From NCBI GenBank assembly GCA_050015175.1, contig JBEKBX010000017.1, forward strand, positions 195 to 64,194: 64,000 bases of DNA, given 5' to 3'. Both the position numbers and the translations under genes were made by a program. The notes under the pieces were generated by a model that saw only the letters and a list, made by a program, of their open reading frames with translations, ran no database searches and had not been told where the DNA came from. Positions within the stretch are counted from its first letter, which is position 1. Each line of letters opens with the position of its first letter. Shown here in pieces: positions 20,061 to 29,509 of this stretch. Origin of the DNA: Acidimicrobiales bacterium (GTDB lineage Bacteria; Actinomycetota; Acidimicrobiia; Acidimicrobiales; Bog-793).

Positions 20061-23000
20061 CTATCCGATGACGAACCAGGCAATCTCGACCGAGACACTG
20101 ACGGGCGCTGTCAGATAGATCGTGAAGGCGCCGGCCTGCGTGTCCGGTACGACGGCTGCGACCGCGACGACGGCTGAGGTGCTGCCGCTGGTGACAAAAG
20201 CCTGGAGAGTGGCGAAAATCAGACTACCCGCCGTCAGTGTGACTCCGGCAACGGTCACACTCGCCTCGGGATTGGCCGTCGTTCCCGCTATGAGAGCGGT
20301 TCCGCTTCGCGAGAACGTGGCAACTCCCTCGACTTGGAGCGCCGTGCCTGTAGTGCTTGCGGCCGACACGCCGATCCCCGTGCCGCTCGAGCCCTGCACT
20401 CCAATACCGTCATTCTGGGTGCTGCCGTAGACGCCCACGCCACCTTCTGGGCTCGTGCTGACGCCCTGGACGCCGTACTTGCCGGCCAGTGCGCTTTGGC
20501 CGTACACGCCGGTGCCGTTCTCCGAGGTTCCTTGGACGCCGTAGCCACCGCCTGGGCTCGTATCGACACCTTCCACGCCGCTCTTGCCATTTGCTGCGGT
20601 TTGGCCGTAGGCACCCGTACCGTTGGTCGAGCTCCCGTTGGTGCCGTAGCCACCTCCTTTGCTCGTGTCGACGCCTTCCAGGCCGCTCTGGTCATCGGTC
20701 GTGGTAGTGCCGTAGACGCCGGTGCCGTTGTCTGAGCTTCCCTGGACGCCGTAGCCTCCGCCTGGGCTGGTGTTGACGCCCTCGACTCCGCTCTTGCCGG
20801 CCGCCGAGGTTTGCCCCTGGACACCGGCACCTCCGCTCGAGGTTCCGAAGGCGCCGATCCCGACCGCAGAGGCCCCGTAGGTGCCGTAACCGCCGGCAGA
20901 GCTCGTGTCGACGCCCTCGACTCCGCTCTTGCCGGCCGCCGAAGTTTGGCCGCGGGCTCCGATGCCGTTCTCCGAGGTTCCCTCGATGCCGTAACCGCCG
21001 GCCGAACTCGTGTCGACGCCTTTGACGCCGCTCTTGCCAGCGGCCAAGGTCTCGCCGTAGGCGCCGACGCCGTTGGTCGAGCTCCCGTAGGTACCGAAGC
21101 CGCCCAGCTTGCTTTCGTCGACCCCTTCCACGCCGCTCTTGTTCGCCGCCAAGGTTTGGCCGTAGGCGCCGACGCCGTTGGTCGAGCTCCCGTAGGTGCC
21201 GAAGCCGCCTAACTTGCTCGTGTCGACGCCTTTGACGCCGCTATTGTCGGCCGCCGAGGTCTCACCGTAGGCGCCGGTGCCGTGCTCTGAGGTTCCTTCG
21301 ACGCCGTAGCCACCGTCCACGCTCGTGTTGACGCCTCTGACGCCGCTCTTGCCAGCCGCTGCGGTCTCACCGTAGGCGCCTGTTCCGTTGGTCGAGCTCC
21401 CGTAGGTGCCGAAACCGCCTTCCTTGCCCGTGTCGACACCCTCGACTCCGCTCTTGCCGGTCGCCGAGGTTTGGCCGTAGACGCCGGTGCCGTTCTCTGA
21501 GGTTCCTTCGACGCCGTAGCCACCGTCCACGCTCGTGTTGACGCCTCTGACGCCGCTCTTGCCAGCCGCTGCGGTCCGGCCGTAAACGCCGGTACCTCCG
21601 CTGGAGCCTCCGTAAGCCCCGATTCCGTTCGTAGAGTGCCCGTAGGTGCCGTAACCGCCTGACTTGCTCGTGTCGACGCCCTCTACGCCGCTCTTGCCGT
21701 TCGCGGCGGTCTCACCGTAGGCGCCGGTGCCGTTCTCTGAGGATCCCTGGACGCCGTAGCCACCCTTCTTGCTCGTGTCGACACCCTCGACGCCGCTCTT
21801 AATGTCCGCCGAGGTCTCACCGTAGGCGCCGGTGCCGTTGGTAGAGCGCCCGTAGGTGCCGTAACCGCCTGACTTGCTCGTGTCGACACCCTCGACGCCA
21901 CTCTTGTTATCCGCCGAGGTCTCACCGTAGGCGCCGGTGCCATTGGTAGAGCTCCCGTAGGTGCCGTAACCGCCTGACTTGCTGGTGTCGGCGCCCTCGA
22001 CTCCGCTCTTGCCGGCCGCCGAGGTTTGGCCGTAGACGCCGGCGCCGTTCTCCGAGGTTCCTTCGACGCCGTAGCCACCGTCTGCGCTCGTGTTGACGCC
22101 TCTGACGCCGCCCTTGCCGGTTGCCGAGGTTTGGCCGTAGACACCGGCATCTCCGCTGGAGCCTCCATAAGCCCCGATCCCGTTCGCAGAGCTCCCGTGG
22201 GTGCCATAGCCGCCTGACTTGCTCGTGTCGACGCCTTCGACGCCACTCTTGCCGGTCGCCAAGCTTTGGCCGTAGACACCGGTGCCGTTCTCTGAGGATC
22301 CCTGGACGCCGTAGCCACCCTTCTTGCTCGTGTCGACACCCTCGACGCCGCTCTTATTATCCGCCAAGGTTTCACCGTAGGCGCCGGTGCCATTGGTAGA
22401 GCTCCCGTAGATGCCGTAACCGCCTGATTTGCTCGTGTCGACGCCCTCGACGCCACTCTTGCCGCTCGCGGCGGTCTCGCCGTAGGCGCCTGTTCCGTTG
22501 GTCGAGCTCCCGTAGGTGCCGTAACCGCCTGACTTGCTCGCGTCGACGCCCTCGACGCCGCTCTGGCCGGCGGCCGCCGTCTCGCCGTAGACACCGATTC
22601 CGTTCGTAGAGTGCCCGTAGGTGCCATAGGCGCCGCCGGCACTGGTATCGACGCCTTCGACGCCGCTTCGGTTTGCCGCCGATGTCTGGCCTTGAACACC
22701 GGTGCCGTTCTCTGAGGTTCCTTGAACGCCGTAGCCACCGCTCGGGCTCTTGTCGACGCCTTCGACGCCGCTCATGTCATCACCAAATGTCCGGCCGTAG
22801 GCGCCGATCCCGTGCGTCGAGAGCCCGTAGGTGCCATAGCCGCCGCCAGAACTGGTGTCGACGCCTTCGACGCCGCTGCTGTCTGTCTGGGAGGTGATGC
22901 CCTCAAGGCCTGAGCCGTGCGCGGTCGTGACGGCGGTCGTGGCGGTGGCCGAGTTCGTCGTGCCGAGAACCAAAGCGTCACTCGATGCATCCGTGGGATC

Positions 23001-23153
23001 TGCGCCAGCGACCAGGCCGGCGGTGATCCCCACACCGGTCGCCGCCGCCCCGAGCATGAGCGCGCGCCGACCGTATCTCGCCGCAGCCTTTCCTGATGCA
23101 TCACTGTCCCTGTCGGGTACAGCCCCAAGTTCGTCAAGGGGTCGCTCGTTCAC
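20061..23153 (-). CDS. Exported Gly/Ser/Thr-rich tandem-repeat protein (Tat-like leader, 22 repeats, C-terminal beta-rich domain)
   Basis: Leader RYGRRALMLGAAATGVG...ADPTDA. Repeats SGVEGVDTSKSGGYGTYGSSTNGTGAYGETAAAGK. C-terminus ATFSRSG...LTAGSLIFATLQ...FTIYL...IAWFVIG. Confidence 0.85.
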   Translation of the reverse strand: MNERPLDELGAVPDRDSDASGKAAARYGRRALMLGAAATGVGITAGLVAGADPTDASSDALVLGTTNSATATTAVTTAHGSGLEGITSQTDSSGVEGVDTSSGGGYGTYGLSTHGIGAYGRTFGDDMSGVEGVDKSPSGGYGVQGTSENGTGVQGQTSAANRSGVEGVDTSAGGAYGTYGHSTNGIGVYGETAAAGQSGVEGVDASKSGGYGTYGSSTNGTGAYGETAASGKSGVEGVDTSKSGGYGIYGSSTNGTGAYGETLADNKSGVEGVDTSKKGGYGVQGSSENGTGVYGQSLATGKSGVEGVDTSKSGGYGTHGSSANGIGAYGGSSGDAGVYGQTSATGKGGVRGVNTSADGGYGVEGTSENGAGVYGQTSAAGKSGVEGADTSKSGGYGTYGSSTNGTGAYGETSADNKSGVEGVDTSKSGGYGTYGRSTNGTGAYGETSADIKSGVEGVDTSKKGGYGVQGSSENGTGAYGETAANGKSGVEGVDTSKSGGYGTYGHSTNGIGAYGGSSGGTGVYGRTAAAGKSGVRGVNTSVDGGYGVEGTSENGTGVYGQTSATGKSGVEGVDTGKEGGFGTYGSSTNGTGAYGETAAAGKSGVRGVNTSVDGGYGVEGTSEHGTGAYGETSAADNSGVKGVDTSKLGGFGTYGSSTNGVGAYGQTLAANKSGVEGVDESKLGGFGTYGSSTNGVGAYGETLAAGKSGVKGVDTSSAGGYGIEGTSENGIGARGQTSAAGKSGVEGVDTSSAGGYGTYGASAVGIGAFGTSSGGAGVQGQTSAAGKSGVEGVNTSPGGGYGVQGSSDNGTGVYGTTTTDDQSGLEGVDTSKGGGYGTNGSSTNGTGAYGQTAANGKSGVEGVDTSPGGGYGVQGTSENGTGVYGQSALAGKYGVQGVSTSPEGGVGVYGSTQNDGIGVQGSSGTGIGVSAASTTGTALQVEGVATFSRSGTALIAGTTANPEASVTVAGVTLTAGSLIFATLQAFVTSGSTSAVVAVAAVVPDTQAGAFTIYLTAPVSVSVEIAWFVIG
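20478..22877 (-). repeat. Coding tandem repeat: 19 x 105 bp and 3 x 135 bp units
   Basis: Counted from the translation: 22 units starting S/G-G-V/L-x-G. Units 7, 12 and 19 carry an extra 10-aa GIGAYGGSSG-type subunit. Confidence 0.92.
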
Positions 23154-23227
23154 CTGAATGTCCTTTCGCTCCGTTGAGTCATTGGGTGACGCCGTTCGAT
23201 ATCGCTTGCCCGCAAGACAGGCGTCGT

Positions 23228-23851
23228 TCAGCCCGTAACAGACACGCCCGCAGCCGTGTCAGCAACGGACGTCGCGTCCACCGTCCCGTTCTTCTCCTTG
23301 GTGCCCTGCACGATCACGGTGTCTCCCGGTTGCATCGCTGACGCCGTGCTCTTGGCCTCACGGGTGTAGGTCGTGGATGTCCCGAGAAGCACCTTGACCA
23401 GGCCCCCGCTTGCAGTCGTGACATAGAGCGTGTTGCCCTCGATGGTCGTCACGATGCCGGCGGCCGCGCCCGTGCTCGAGAAGCCTGAGAAACCGCCCGA
23501 ACTGATGCCGGACGACCCCCTGGAACTGAACAGCCTCGCGAAGTTCGACGCAGCGCTTCCGGTGTTGGTCGTCCCGTGGGCGCGCTGCAAGGCAGCTCCG
23601 CCCCAGAGCCCGCCCGCACCGATGAGAAGGGCCACCAATACAGCCGTCGGGTACTTGAGCCGAAGACCCGCACGAGGGCTTCGTATCGGCCACTCGTCGT
23701 CGTCCGCTATATCGGTGTCGTCTCCTCCAAGTTGTCCCGCTGGTCGCGGCGAACCGGTGAGCTCGGAAGGGGCCATGTCGATCCCGACCGGTTGCGTGAT
23801 GGCACCGCTGATCGGAGGAAGCTCCTCTGTGGTGTTCGGGTCGTCTGGCAT
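23228..23851 (-). CDS. Single-TM membrane protein with a Gly-rich linker and DUF5666-like OB domain
   Basis: TM AVLVALLIGAGGLWGGAAL; GIVTTIEGNTLYVTT...MQPGDTVIVQG. GGGGAG RBS; last gene of the export operon. Confidence 0.7.
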   Translation of the reverse strand: MPDDPNTTEELPPISGAITQPVGIDMAPSELTGSPRPAGQLGGDDTDIADDDEWPIRSPRAGLRLKYPTAVLVALLIGAGGLWGGAALQRAHGTTNTGSAASNFARLFSSRGSSGISSGGFSGFSSTGAAAGIVTTIEGNTLYVTTASGGLVKVLLGTSTTYTREAKSTASAMQPGDTVIVQGTKEKNGTVDATSVADTAAGVSVTG

Positions 23852-23867
23852 GGATGCTCCCCTGTCT

Positions 23868-25091
23868 TCACTCATAACGAAGGGCGTCGATGGGTCTAAG
23901 TGACGCGGCACGATTGGCGGGGTAGAAACCAAAGAACACACCGACGGCGATCGAGACGCCGAAGGCGAGCACGATCGAGTACGGGGCTATGACAGGCTGA
24001 ACACCGACGATTTTGAACCGCGAGCCGACCACACCGATGACTACGCCAACGGTTCCCCCGATCAACGACAGCAAGACCGCCTCGAACAGGAACTGGGTGA
24101 GGATCGCTGATTTCGGAGCACCGATCGCCTTGCGGATCCCGATCTCGTGAGTGCGCTCCGTCACGGTCACGAGCATGATGTTCATCACTCCGATACCGCC
24201 GACGAGGAGCGAGATTGCGGCCACGGCGCCTAGCAACACGGTGAACGTGCTCGAGGTCGACTGCACCGTGGAAAGCAGGGTCGCCTGGTTCAGCACCTCG
24301 AACGGCAGGTCTGCGACCGTGGTGTCGTTCTGGGCCGCGAGGACGTTCTCGACCTCGGCCTCGGCGAGGTTCAGCGTTGAAGCCGACCTTCCTTGAACGA
24401 TGAGCTCGCTGAACGACTGGGAATAACCTGTCAAGTGGTCCTCGACCGCGGTGTAGGGCGCAATGGCCACTGCGTCCTGGTCAGTCAGCCCGCTCGAGCC
24501 CTTCGATGCGAGCACGCCGATTACCTCGAAGTTGGTCGATCCGATCATGATCGTCGCGCCGAGAGGATTCTCGCCGGTCGTGAACAGGTTGCTCGCAACA
24601 TCGGACCCGATGTCGACGACCTGGGCGTGGGATGTGACGTCCTGGCTGGAGATCGCGCTGCCGGCCTGGACGGTGTAGTCCTCGGCACCTAGGTAGGAGG
24701 GAGTCGACCCGTCAACAGTGGTGGTGTAGGAGGCCGCGCCGTAAGTGGCCGTCTCGCTCGTGCTCACGACCGGCGAGACCGACTTCACGTCCGGGGCGTT
24801 GTCCGGGTTCTCGAGCTCGTTGACGTCCGCGATCGTCAACGACGCCTGTTGGGTTTGGGTGCCACTTGAAAAAGCCCCCCGGCCGAAGCGGCCGGTGTTG
24901 AAGACCGTGAGGGTGTTTGTTCCGAGCTGGTTGATCCGGCTCTCGACCGCCTGAGAGGATCCGGTCCCGACCGCGACAAGGATGATGACGGCCGCGACAC
25001 CAATCAGCACGCCAAGGGTAGTGAGCACGGACCGGAGCTTGTTCGAACTGATCCCGCCGATGGCGACCCGGAGATTGTCAAAAACGTTCAA
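23868..25091 (-). CDS. MacB-family ABC permease
   Basis: NKLRSVLTTLGVLIGVAAVI, GIGVMNIMLVTVTERTHEIGIRKAIGA, PANRAASLRPIDALRYE. Confidence 0.96.
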   Translation of the reverse strand: MNVFDNLRVAIGGISSNKLRSVLTTLGVLIGVAAVIILVAVGTGSSQAVESRINQLGTNTLTVFNTGRFGRGAFSSGTQTQQASLTIADVNELENPDNAPDVKSVSPVVSTSETATYGAASYTTTVDGSTPSYLGAEDYTVQAGSAISSQDVTSHAQVVDIGSDVASNLFTTGENPLGATIMIGSTNFEVIGVLASKGSSGLTDQDAVAIAPYTAVEDHLTGYSQSFSELIVQGRSASTLNLAEAEVENVLAAQNDTTVADLPFEVLNQATLLSTVQSTSSTFTVLLGAVAAISLLVGGIGVMNIMLVTVTERTHEIGIRKAIGAPKSAILTQFLFEAVLLSLIGGTVGVVIGVVGSRFKIVGVQPVIAPYSIVLAFGVSIAVGVFFGFYPANRAASLRPIDALRYE

Positions 25092-25969
25092 CTCACTCCT
25101 CCGCCTAGGTTGCCTGACGCCGGCGCAGCGCCGGCGGGCGCCTCACGCTGCTCCATTCGCGTCTCCGAATGCACCGGGACGATGCGGCTGTCCTCGTAGA
25201 TCTGCCCGTCGCGCAGCCGGACGACCCGACGCGTGAAAGAGGCGATGTCCTGTTCATGGGTGATGATCACGACGGTCCGGCCCTCGGCGTTCAGTCGACT
25301 GAAAATGGCCATGATCTCGTGGCTCGAGGCCGTGTCGAGATTCCCGGTCGGCTCGTCGGCAAGGATCAGGGCAGGGGCCGTCACCAGAGCTCGGGCGATG
25401 GCGACGCGCTGCTGCTGGCCACCGGACATCTCGCTCGGGAGGTGATGGCTGCGGTCCTCGAGGCCGACCTGGCGCAGCGCTGCCATGGCCCGTGCGTGCC
25501 TTTCTTTCGGCTTCACGCCTCCGTAAGCGAGCGCGAGCTCCACGTTCGCCAAAGCGGTAGTGCGCGGGATCAGGTTGTAGTTCTGGAACACGAACCCGAT
25601 CTTGCGATTGCGGATCCGCGAGAGATCCGACTCCTCGAGTTGGCGTACGTCCACTCCCTCGAGCCAATAGTGCCCCCTCGTCGGCACGTCAAGGCATCCG
25701 ATGATATTCATCATCGTCGACTTCCCAGAGCCGGAGGCTCCCATTATGGCGACGAAGTCGCCTGCCTCGACGCTCAGCGAGACCCGGCGGAGCGCGTGAA
25801 CTTCGACCTCCCCCGTCTCGTAGGTCTTCGATACCGAGCGCAGGACGACGACCGGTCGTCTCCCGCCAACGGGGACCAAGGCCGTCGGAGCCGCCGCGCC
25901 TCGGGATGGCAGGGCGCGAAGGCCGTCGGGTGACCCGCCTCGGCGGCGGAAGAGCTGTTGACTGCTCAT
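25088..25969 (-). CDS. MacB-family ABC ATP-binding protein
   Basis: GASGSGKST, MSGGQQQRVAIARAL, ILADEPTGNLD. Confidence 0.95.
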   Translation of the reverse strand: MSSQQLFRRRGGSPDGLRALPSRGAAAPTALVPVGGRRPVVVLRSVSKTYETGEVEVHALRRVSLSVEAGDFVAIMGASGSGKSTMMNIIGCLDVPTRGHYWLEGVDVRQLEESDLSRIRNRKIGFVFQNYNLIPRTTALANVELALAYGGVKPKERHARAMAALRQVGLEDRSHHLPSEMSGGQQQRVAIARALVTAPALILADEPTGNLDTASSHEIMAIFSRLNAEGRTVVIITHEQDIASFTRRVVRLRDGQIYEDSRIVPVHSETRMEQREAPAGAAPASGNLGGGVS

Positions 25970-28074
25970 CCGAAGCTGCCGCCGCCTACGAAGACACCGC
26001 CGCCGCCGCCGCCGATGCGGGTCGGGCTTGTCGATCCTGTCGTGCCGGACGAGGGCGAGATCGTCGCTGTCGGCTCCACGAGTTTCTCGCCTGCGGTGAC
26101 GCCGCTCAGGATCTGCGTCGTCGAGTTACCGACCAGACCGACGGTGACGGGGGTGGTGACATCCTTGCCGTTCTTCAACACCGTGACAGTCGAGGTGAGG
26201 CCGGCCGTCGTCACTGCGGCGCTCGGGACCTCGAGCACATTCGTTGCCGTGTCGACGACGACGCTGACGTCCGCCGTCATTCCGTCCAAGATCGTGGCCG
26301 GAGGGTCCTTGAGCGCGATCGTCTCGTCATAGGTGACGACGTTGCTGCTGACGACCGATGTCGGCGATATCGCAGTGACGACGGCAGCGAGCTCGGTGGA
26401 AGGCAGGGCGGCCAAGGTCACGGTCGCCGGTTGACCGACGGCGATCTTGGTGGCGTCGGCCTCGGCGAAGCCTGCGACGACCTCGAGGTCCTTGAGGTTG
26501 TCAATGGTGACGAAACCGCTCGACGACGATGAGCTCGACGACGATGAGGCCGCGGACGACGAGGCCGCGGACGAAGAGCTGCCTCCGCTCACCGTCTCGC
26601 CGACCGTGCCGTTGACCGCAGTCACCGTGCCGGAGATGGAGGCGGTGAGGACGGTTCCCGCGAGCGCATTCTCGTCAGAAGTGACGGCCTGCTGGTCCTG
26701 GGTGACCGCCGCCTCATCCTGAGAGATGGTCGCCGTGTCGATTGCCTGACTTGCCTTGGTGGCTGCCAGGCTGGCCTGCTGCAGCTGAATCGTCTGCTTC
26801 TCGTTCTGCACGGCCTGCTCGTCGCTGGCAATTGTCTCCCGATCCGTCACACACGACCTGGTGGCGGTGATCAGGTACTCAGGCGAGCCGTAGGAAGTCC
26901 CCTTACTGTTGGAGGCCACCAGGCGGAAGACGTACGAGGTTTCCGCCTTGAGCCCGCGCACCAGAGCCGAGACGGTAACAGTCGTGGAACCGGCGTCGAC
27001 CGTCGTCGGTACGGTCTGCGACCCGTATACCGCGGTGGTTCCGTACTGGAAGAAATAGGTCGTCTCGGCGTCATTGGGATCCACCGATCCCTCGAGCGTG
27101 GCCGTCGTTGTCGTGACCGATTCCGCGGATGAGGTGACGACCGTGGGAGCCGTCACCTGGTCGCTTCCCGAGTCAGAAATGCTGACGGCGTGGCTGGAGC
27201 TGGAGGGGAATGTGGTGGAGGTGGAGCTGGTGTTCGTTGTTGTCGTCGGCGTCGTGGTCGTGGTTGTCGTCGGCGTCGTGGTCGTGGTTGTCGTCGGCGC
27301 CTCGGTGGTGGTCGTGGTCGACGCCGGCTTCGTGGTCGTGGTTGTCGTCGGCGTCGTGGTCGTGGTCGTGGAGCTGGTTCCGGTCGAGCCCGTGGAGCCG
27401 GTGGAGCTGGTTCCGGTCGAGCCCGTGGAGCCGGTGGAGCTGGAACTGCTGCCTGACGAGGACGACGAAGAAGAGGCCGCCGGGCAACCGAGCCTCTGGT
27501 CCGTGGCGAGCTGAGCCTTTGCGGTTGCCAGTGTCGACTGGTCCGAAATGAGCTGCAGGCTGTCGGAGCTCAACTGGGCTTGCGCAGATGCGAGCTGCGA
27601 CTTGTCCTGCGCGAGCTGCGACGCCGAGCCGCCCTGGCGAGCTTCCTGCAAGGCTGCTTCAGCGCTCTGGAGACTGGCGACGGCAATCACGAGGTTCGAT
27701 CGCGCCGTAGTCGGGTCAAGCGTGGCGAGCACTTGTCCAGCCCGGACCTGGTCCCCGACAGCGACGTCGACGGCGGTGACTGTGCCGCTAGCGGTGAAAT
27801 TCTCGCTGGCGTCGGTGGCGGGGCTGATGTTGCCGGAGGCCGTGACACTTTCTTGGACGATGCCGCGCTGCACTGTCACGGTCCGAACGATGCCGGTCGA
27901 GGCTGAAGTGGTCCCGTAGATCGATCGCAGGCCAAATCCGGCTACGGCTGCGATGGCCAAAACAAGGACCGTGTAGAAGGCAATCTTGCGTCCTCGTCGC
28001 GCATGAGGCTGGCCAACAACGCTATCTACTGCCATATCAGAACGCGACTTGCGAAAAACAGACTTCACTGCCAA
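25966..28074 (-). CDS. Membrane-fusion (MacA-like) adaptor with a Ser/Thr-rich + fibronectin type III insertion
   Basis: N-terminal TM, lipoyl half-motif (ASGTVTAVDVAVGDQVRAGQVLATLD), coiled-coil hairpin, FN3-like insert (TTATLEGSVDPNDAETTYFFQYGTT...GLKAETSYVFRLVASNSKGTSYG), C-terminal MFP barrel (VGLVGNSTTQILSGVTAGE). Confidence 0.88.
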   Translation of the reverse strand: MAVKSVFRKSRSDMAVDSVVGQPHARRGRKIAFYTVLVLAIAAVAGFGLRSIYGTTSASTGIVRTVTVQRGIVQESVTASGNISPATDASENFTASGTVTAVDVAVGDQVRAGQVLATLDPTTARSNLVIAVASLQSAEAALQEARQGGSASQLAQDKSQLASAQAQLSSDSLQLISDQSTLATAKAQLATDQRLGCPAASSSSSSSGSSSSSTGSTGSTGTSSTGSTGSTGTSSTTTTTTPTTTTTTKPASTTTTTEAPTTTTTTTPTTTTTTTPTTTTNTSSTSTTFPSSSSHAVSISDSGSDQVTAPTVVTSSAESVTTTTATLEGSVDPNDAETTYFFQYGTTAVYGSQTVPTTVDAGSTTVTVSALVRGLKAETSYVFRLVASNSKGTSYGSPEYLITATRSCVTDRETIASDEQAVQNEKQTIQLQQASLAATKASQAIDTATISQDEAAVTQDQQAVTSDENALAGTVLTASISGTVTAVNGTVGETVSGGSSSSAASSSAASSSSSSSSSSGFVTIDNLKDLEVVAGFAEADATKIAVGQPATVTLAALPSTELAAVVTAISPTSVVSSNVVTYDETIALKDPPATILDGMTADVSVVVDTATNVLEVPSAAVTTAGLTSTVTVLKNGKDVTTPVTVGLVGNSTTQILSGVTAGEKLVEPTATISPSSGTTGSTSPTRIGGGGGGVFVGGGSFG
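27175..27480 (-). repeat. Low-complexity Thr/Ser/Pro-coding repeats (24-bp TTTTTTPT units; 33-bp STGSTGTSSTG units)
   Basis: Repeated gtcgtcggcgtcgtggtcgtggtt and gtggagctggttccggtcgagcccgtggagccg. Confidence 0.85.
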
Positions 28075-28133
28075 TCCTGTCCTTTACTCATCGGGAGAGG
28101 CCGGCTAGCTGGGCGGAGGCGGCACAAAGGTCG

Positions 28134-28949
28134 TCAGCTTGTCGTCGACGTCGAGGTTGTACTGGATGTCGGGATGGACTTCGGCAGGAGGCTCGCGCAG
28201 GCTGCGAGCGCCTTCTGAACCGACGCGCTCTTCGTGTTGGGCGTGGTCGACGTGGTTGAGTTGTCGGCGCCGGAACTGCTGGGCAACGTCACGCCGTGGA
28301 GCTTGAGGCAGTTGCGGTAAGCGGCGAAGGCCGCGCTCGAGAAGCCGCCCGCCCCGGCCCCGAATCCCTTCGGGCGCAGGCTAGCGCAGGCGGCGAGCGC
28401 CTTTTGGACCGACGCACTCTTCGTGTTGAGCGTGGTCGACGTGGTTGGACTGGCGCCGGAAGATCCGCTGGGCAACGTCACGCCGTGGAGCTTCAAGCAG
28501 TTGCGGTACGCGGCAGAGGCCGCGCTCGAGAAGCCGCCCGTCCTCGTGCCGAATCCCTTCGGGCGCAGGCTCGCGCACGCGGCGGACGCCTTTTGGAACG
28601 CGGGCGAGTTGAAGCTCCCGCCCGTCGGGAACCCGCCTGTCGGGAAGCTGCCGCCGGTCGGGAAGCTGCCGCCCGTCGCTCCAGCGCCAAACCCGCCGAA
28701 CTTCACGCCGTGCTTCTGCATGCACGCGGCGAATGCCACGGATGACGCCTTTGGACTGCTGCCGGCACTTGTCGCTGCGGTCGTCGTGGAGGTGGTCGAG
28801 GAGGTCGCGTTCGATGACCCGCCCCCGCAGGCGCTCAACGCGACGGAGCCGGCAAGCACGATCGCCAGCAGAGGAAACCAGACCCGCCGCAACGACCGGA
28901 CACGGAAGGCGGGCGATAACTGGCCATTACGGCGAATGGTTCTCCGCAT
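28134..28949 (-). CDS. Lipoprotein with Cys-paired helical modules (first gene of the export operon)
   Basis: Lipobox ALSA-C; repeated AYRNCLKLHGV...ALAACASL; AGGGAG RBS. Confidence 0.8.
   Translation of the reverse strand: MRRTIRRNGQLSPAFRVRSLRRVWFPLLAIVLAGSVALSACGGGSSNATSSTTSTTTAATSAGSSPKASSVAFAACMQKHGVKFGGFGAGATGGSFPTGGSFPTGGFPTGGSFNSPAFQKASAACASLRPKGFGTRTGGFSSAASAAYRNCLKLHGVTLPSGSSGASPTTSTTLNTKSASVQKALAACASLRPKGFGAGAGGFSSAAFAAYRNCLKLHGVTLPSSSGADNSTTSTTPNTKSASVQKALAACASLLPKSIPTSSTTSTSTTS
28195..28572 (-). repeat. 189-bp (63-aa) internal tandem duplication in the lipoprotein
   Basis: gcgagcgcctt at 28204 and 28393; near-identical peptide modules. Confidence 0.9.
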
Positions 28950-29509
28950 GTTGGGAGCTCCCTTTGGAAGTCAGATTCATATTCACCCGGTGTCGACATT
29001 CCGCTTGACAAGGGCAACAAAGCATAACGGCGCCTTCGGTGTCGGGATGGGCGTGGCGATACGGCAGCAGGATCAGTCTGGATCCCGATTCTGAGAGCAA
29101 GCTGTGAACTAGCAAAGGACTGCCTGTGGCCGGGCCCGCTTCCGCCCCGCACACGCCACGTCGTTCCCCCGCCGACGTCGGCCCTACCGACCCTGACAAT
29201 CTCGCGATCTCGTGCCACACATCATCCCGTGCTCCATGAGCGACGTTGGGGGATTGAACTCCGATCTGAGCGGCTCGTCGAAGTCGCACTCGGCTCGTGC
29301 ATCGCCACCGAGCTGAACACCGAGGTGTTCCTCGCGACAGCAGGAGTTGTGCACAGTGCACGGTCTCCCACTCCCTCTCGATAACTTGCTCGCCACCTAC
29401 GGCAGCGATGCCGTCCCCGCACTGAGCGAGGTTCGCATCACCGTCGAACTGCTCAGTGGCCTCGACCCGTCCCGCGGCTAGAACCAGTCGCTAGGACCGG
29501 AGTGTTTCA

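Noticed and set aside
20478-22877. CRISPR array or ice-nucleation (InaZ) gene
   Set aside because: The units are 105/135 bp, in frame, with no unique spacers and no cas operon. The peptide lacks the InaZ 16-aa AGYGSTxTA periodicity.
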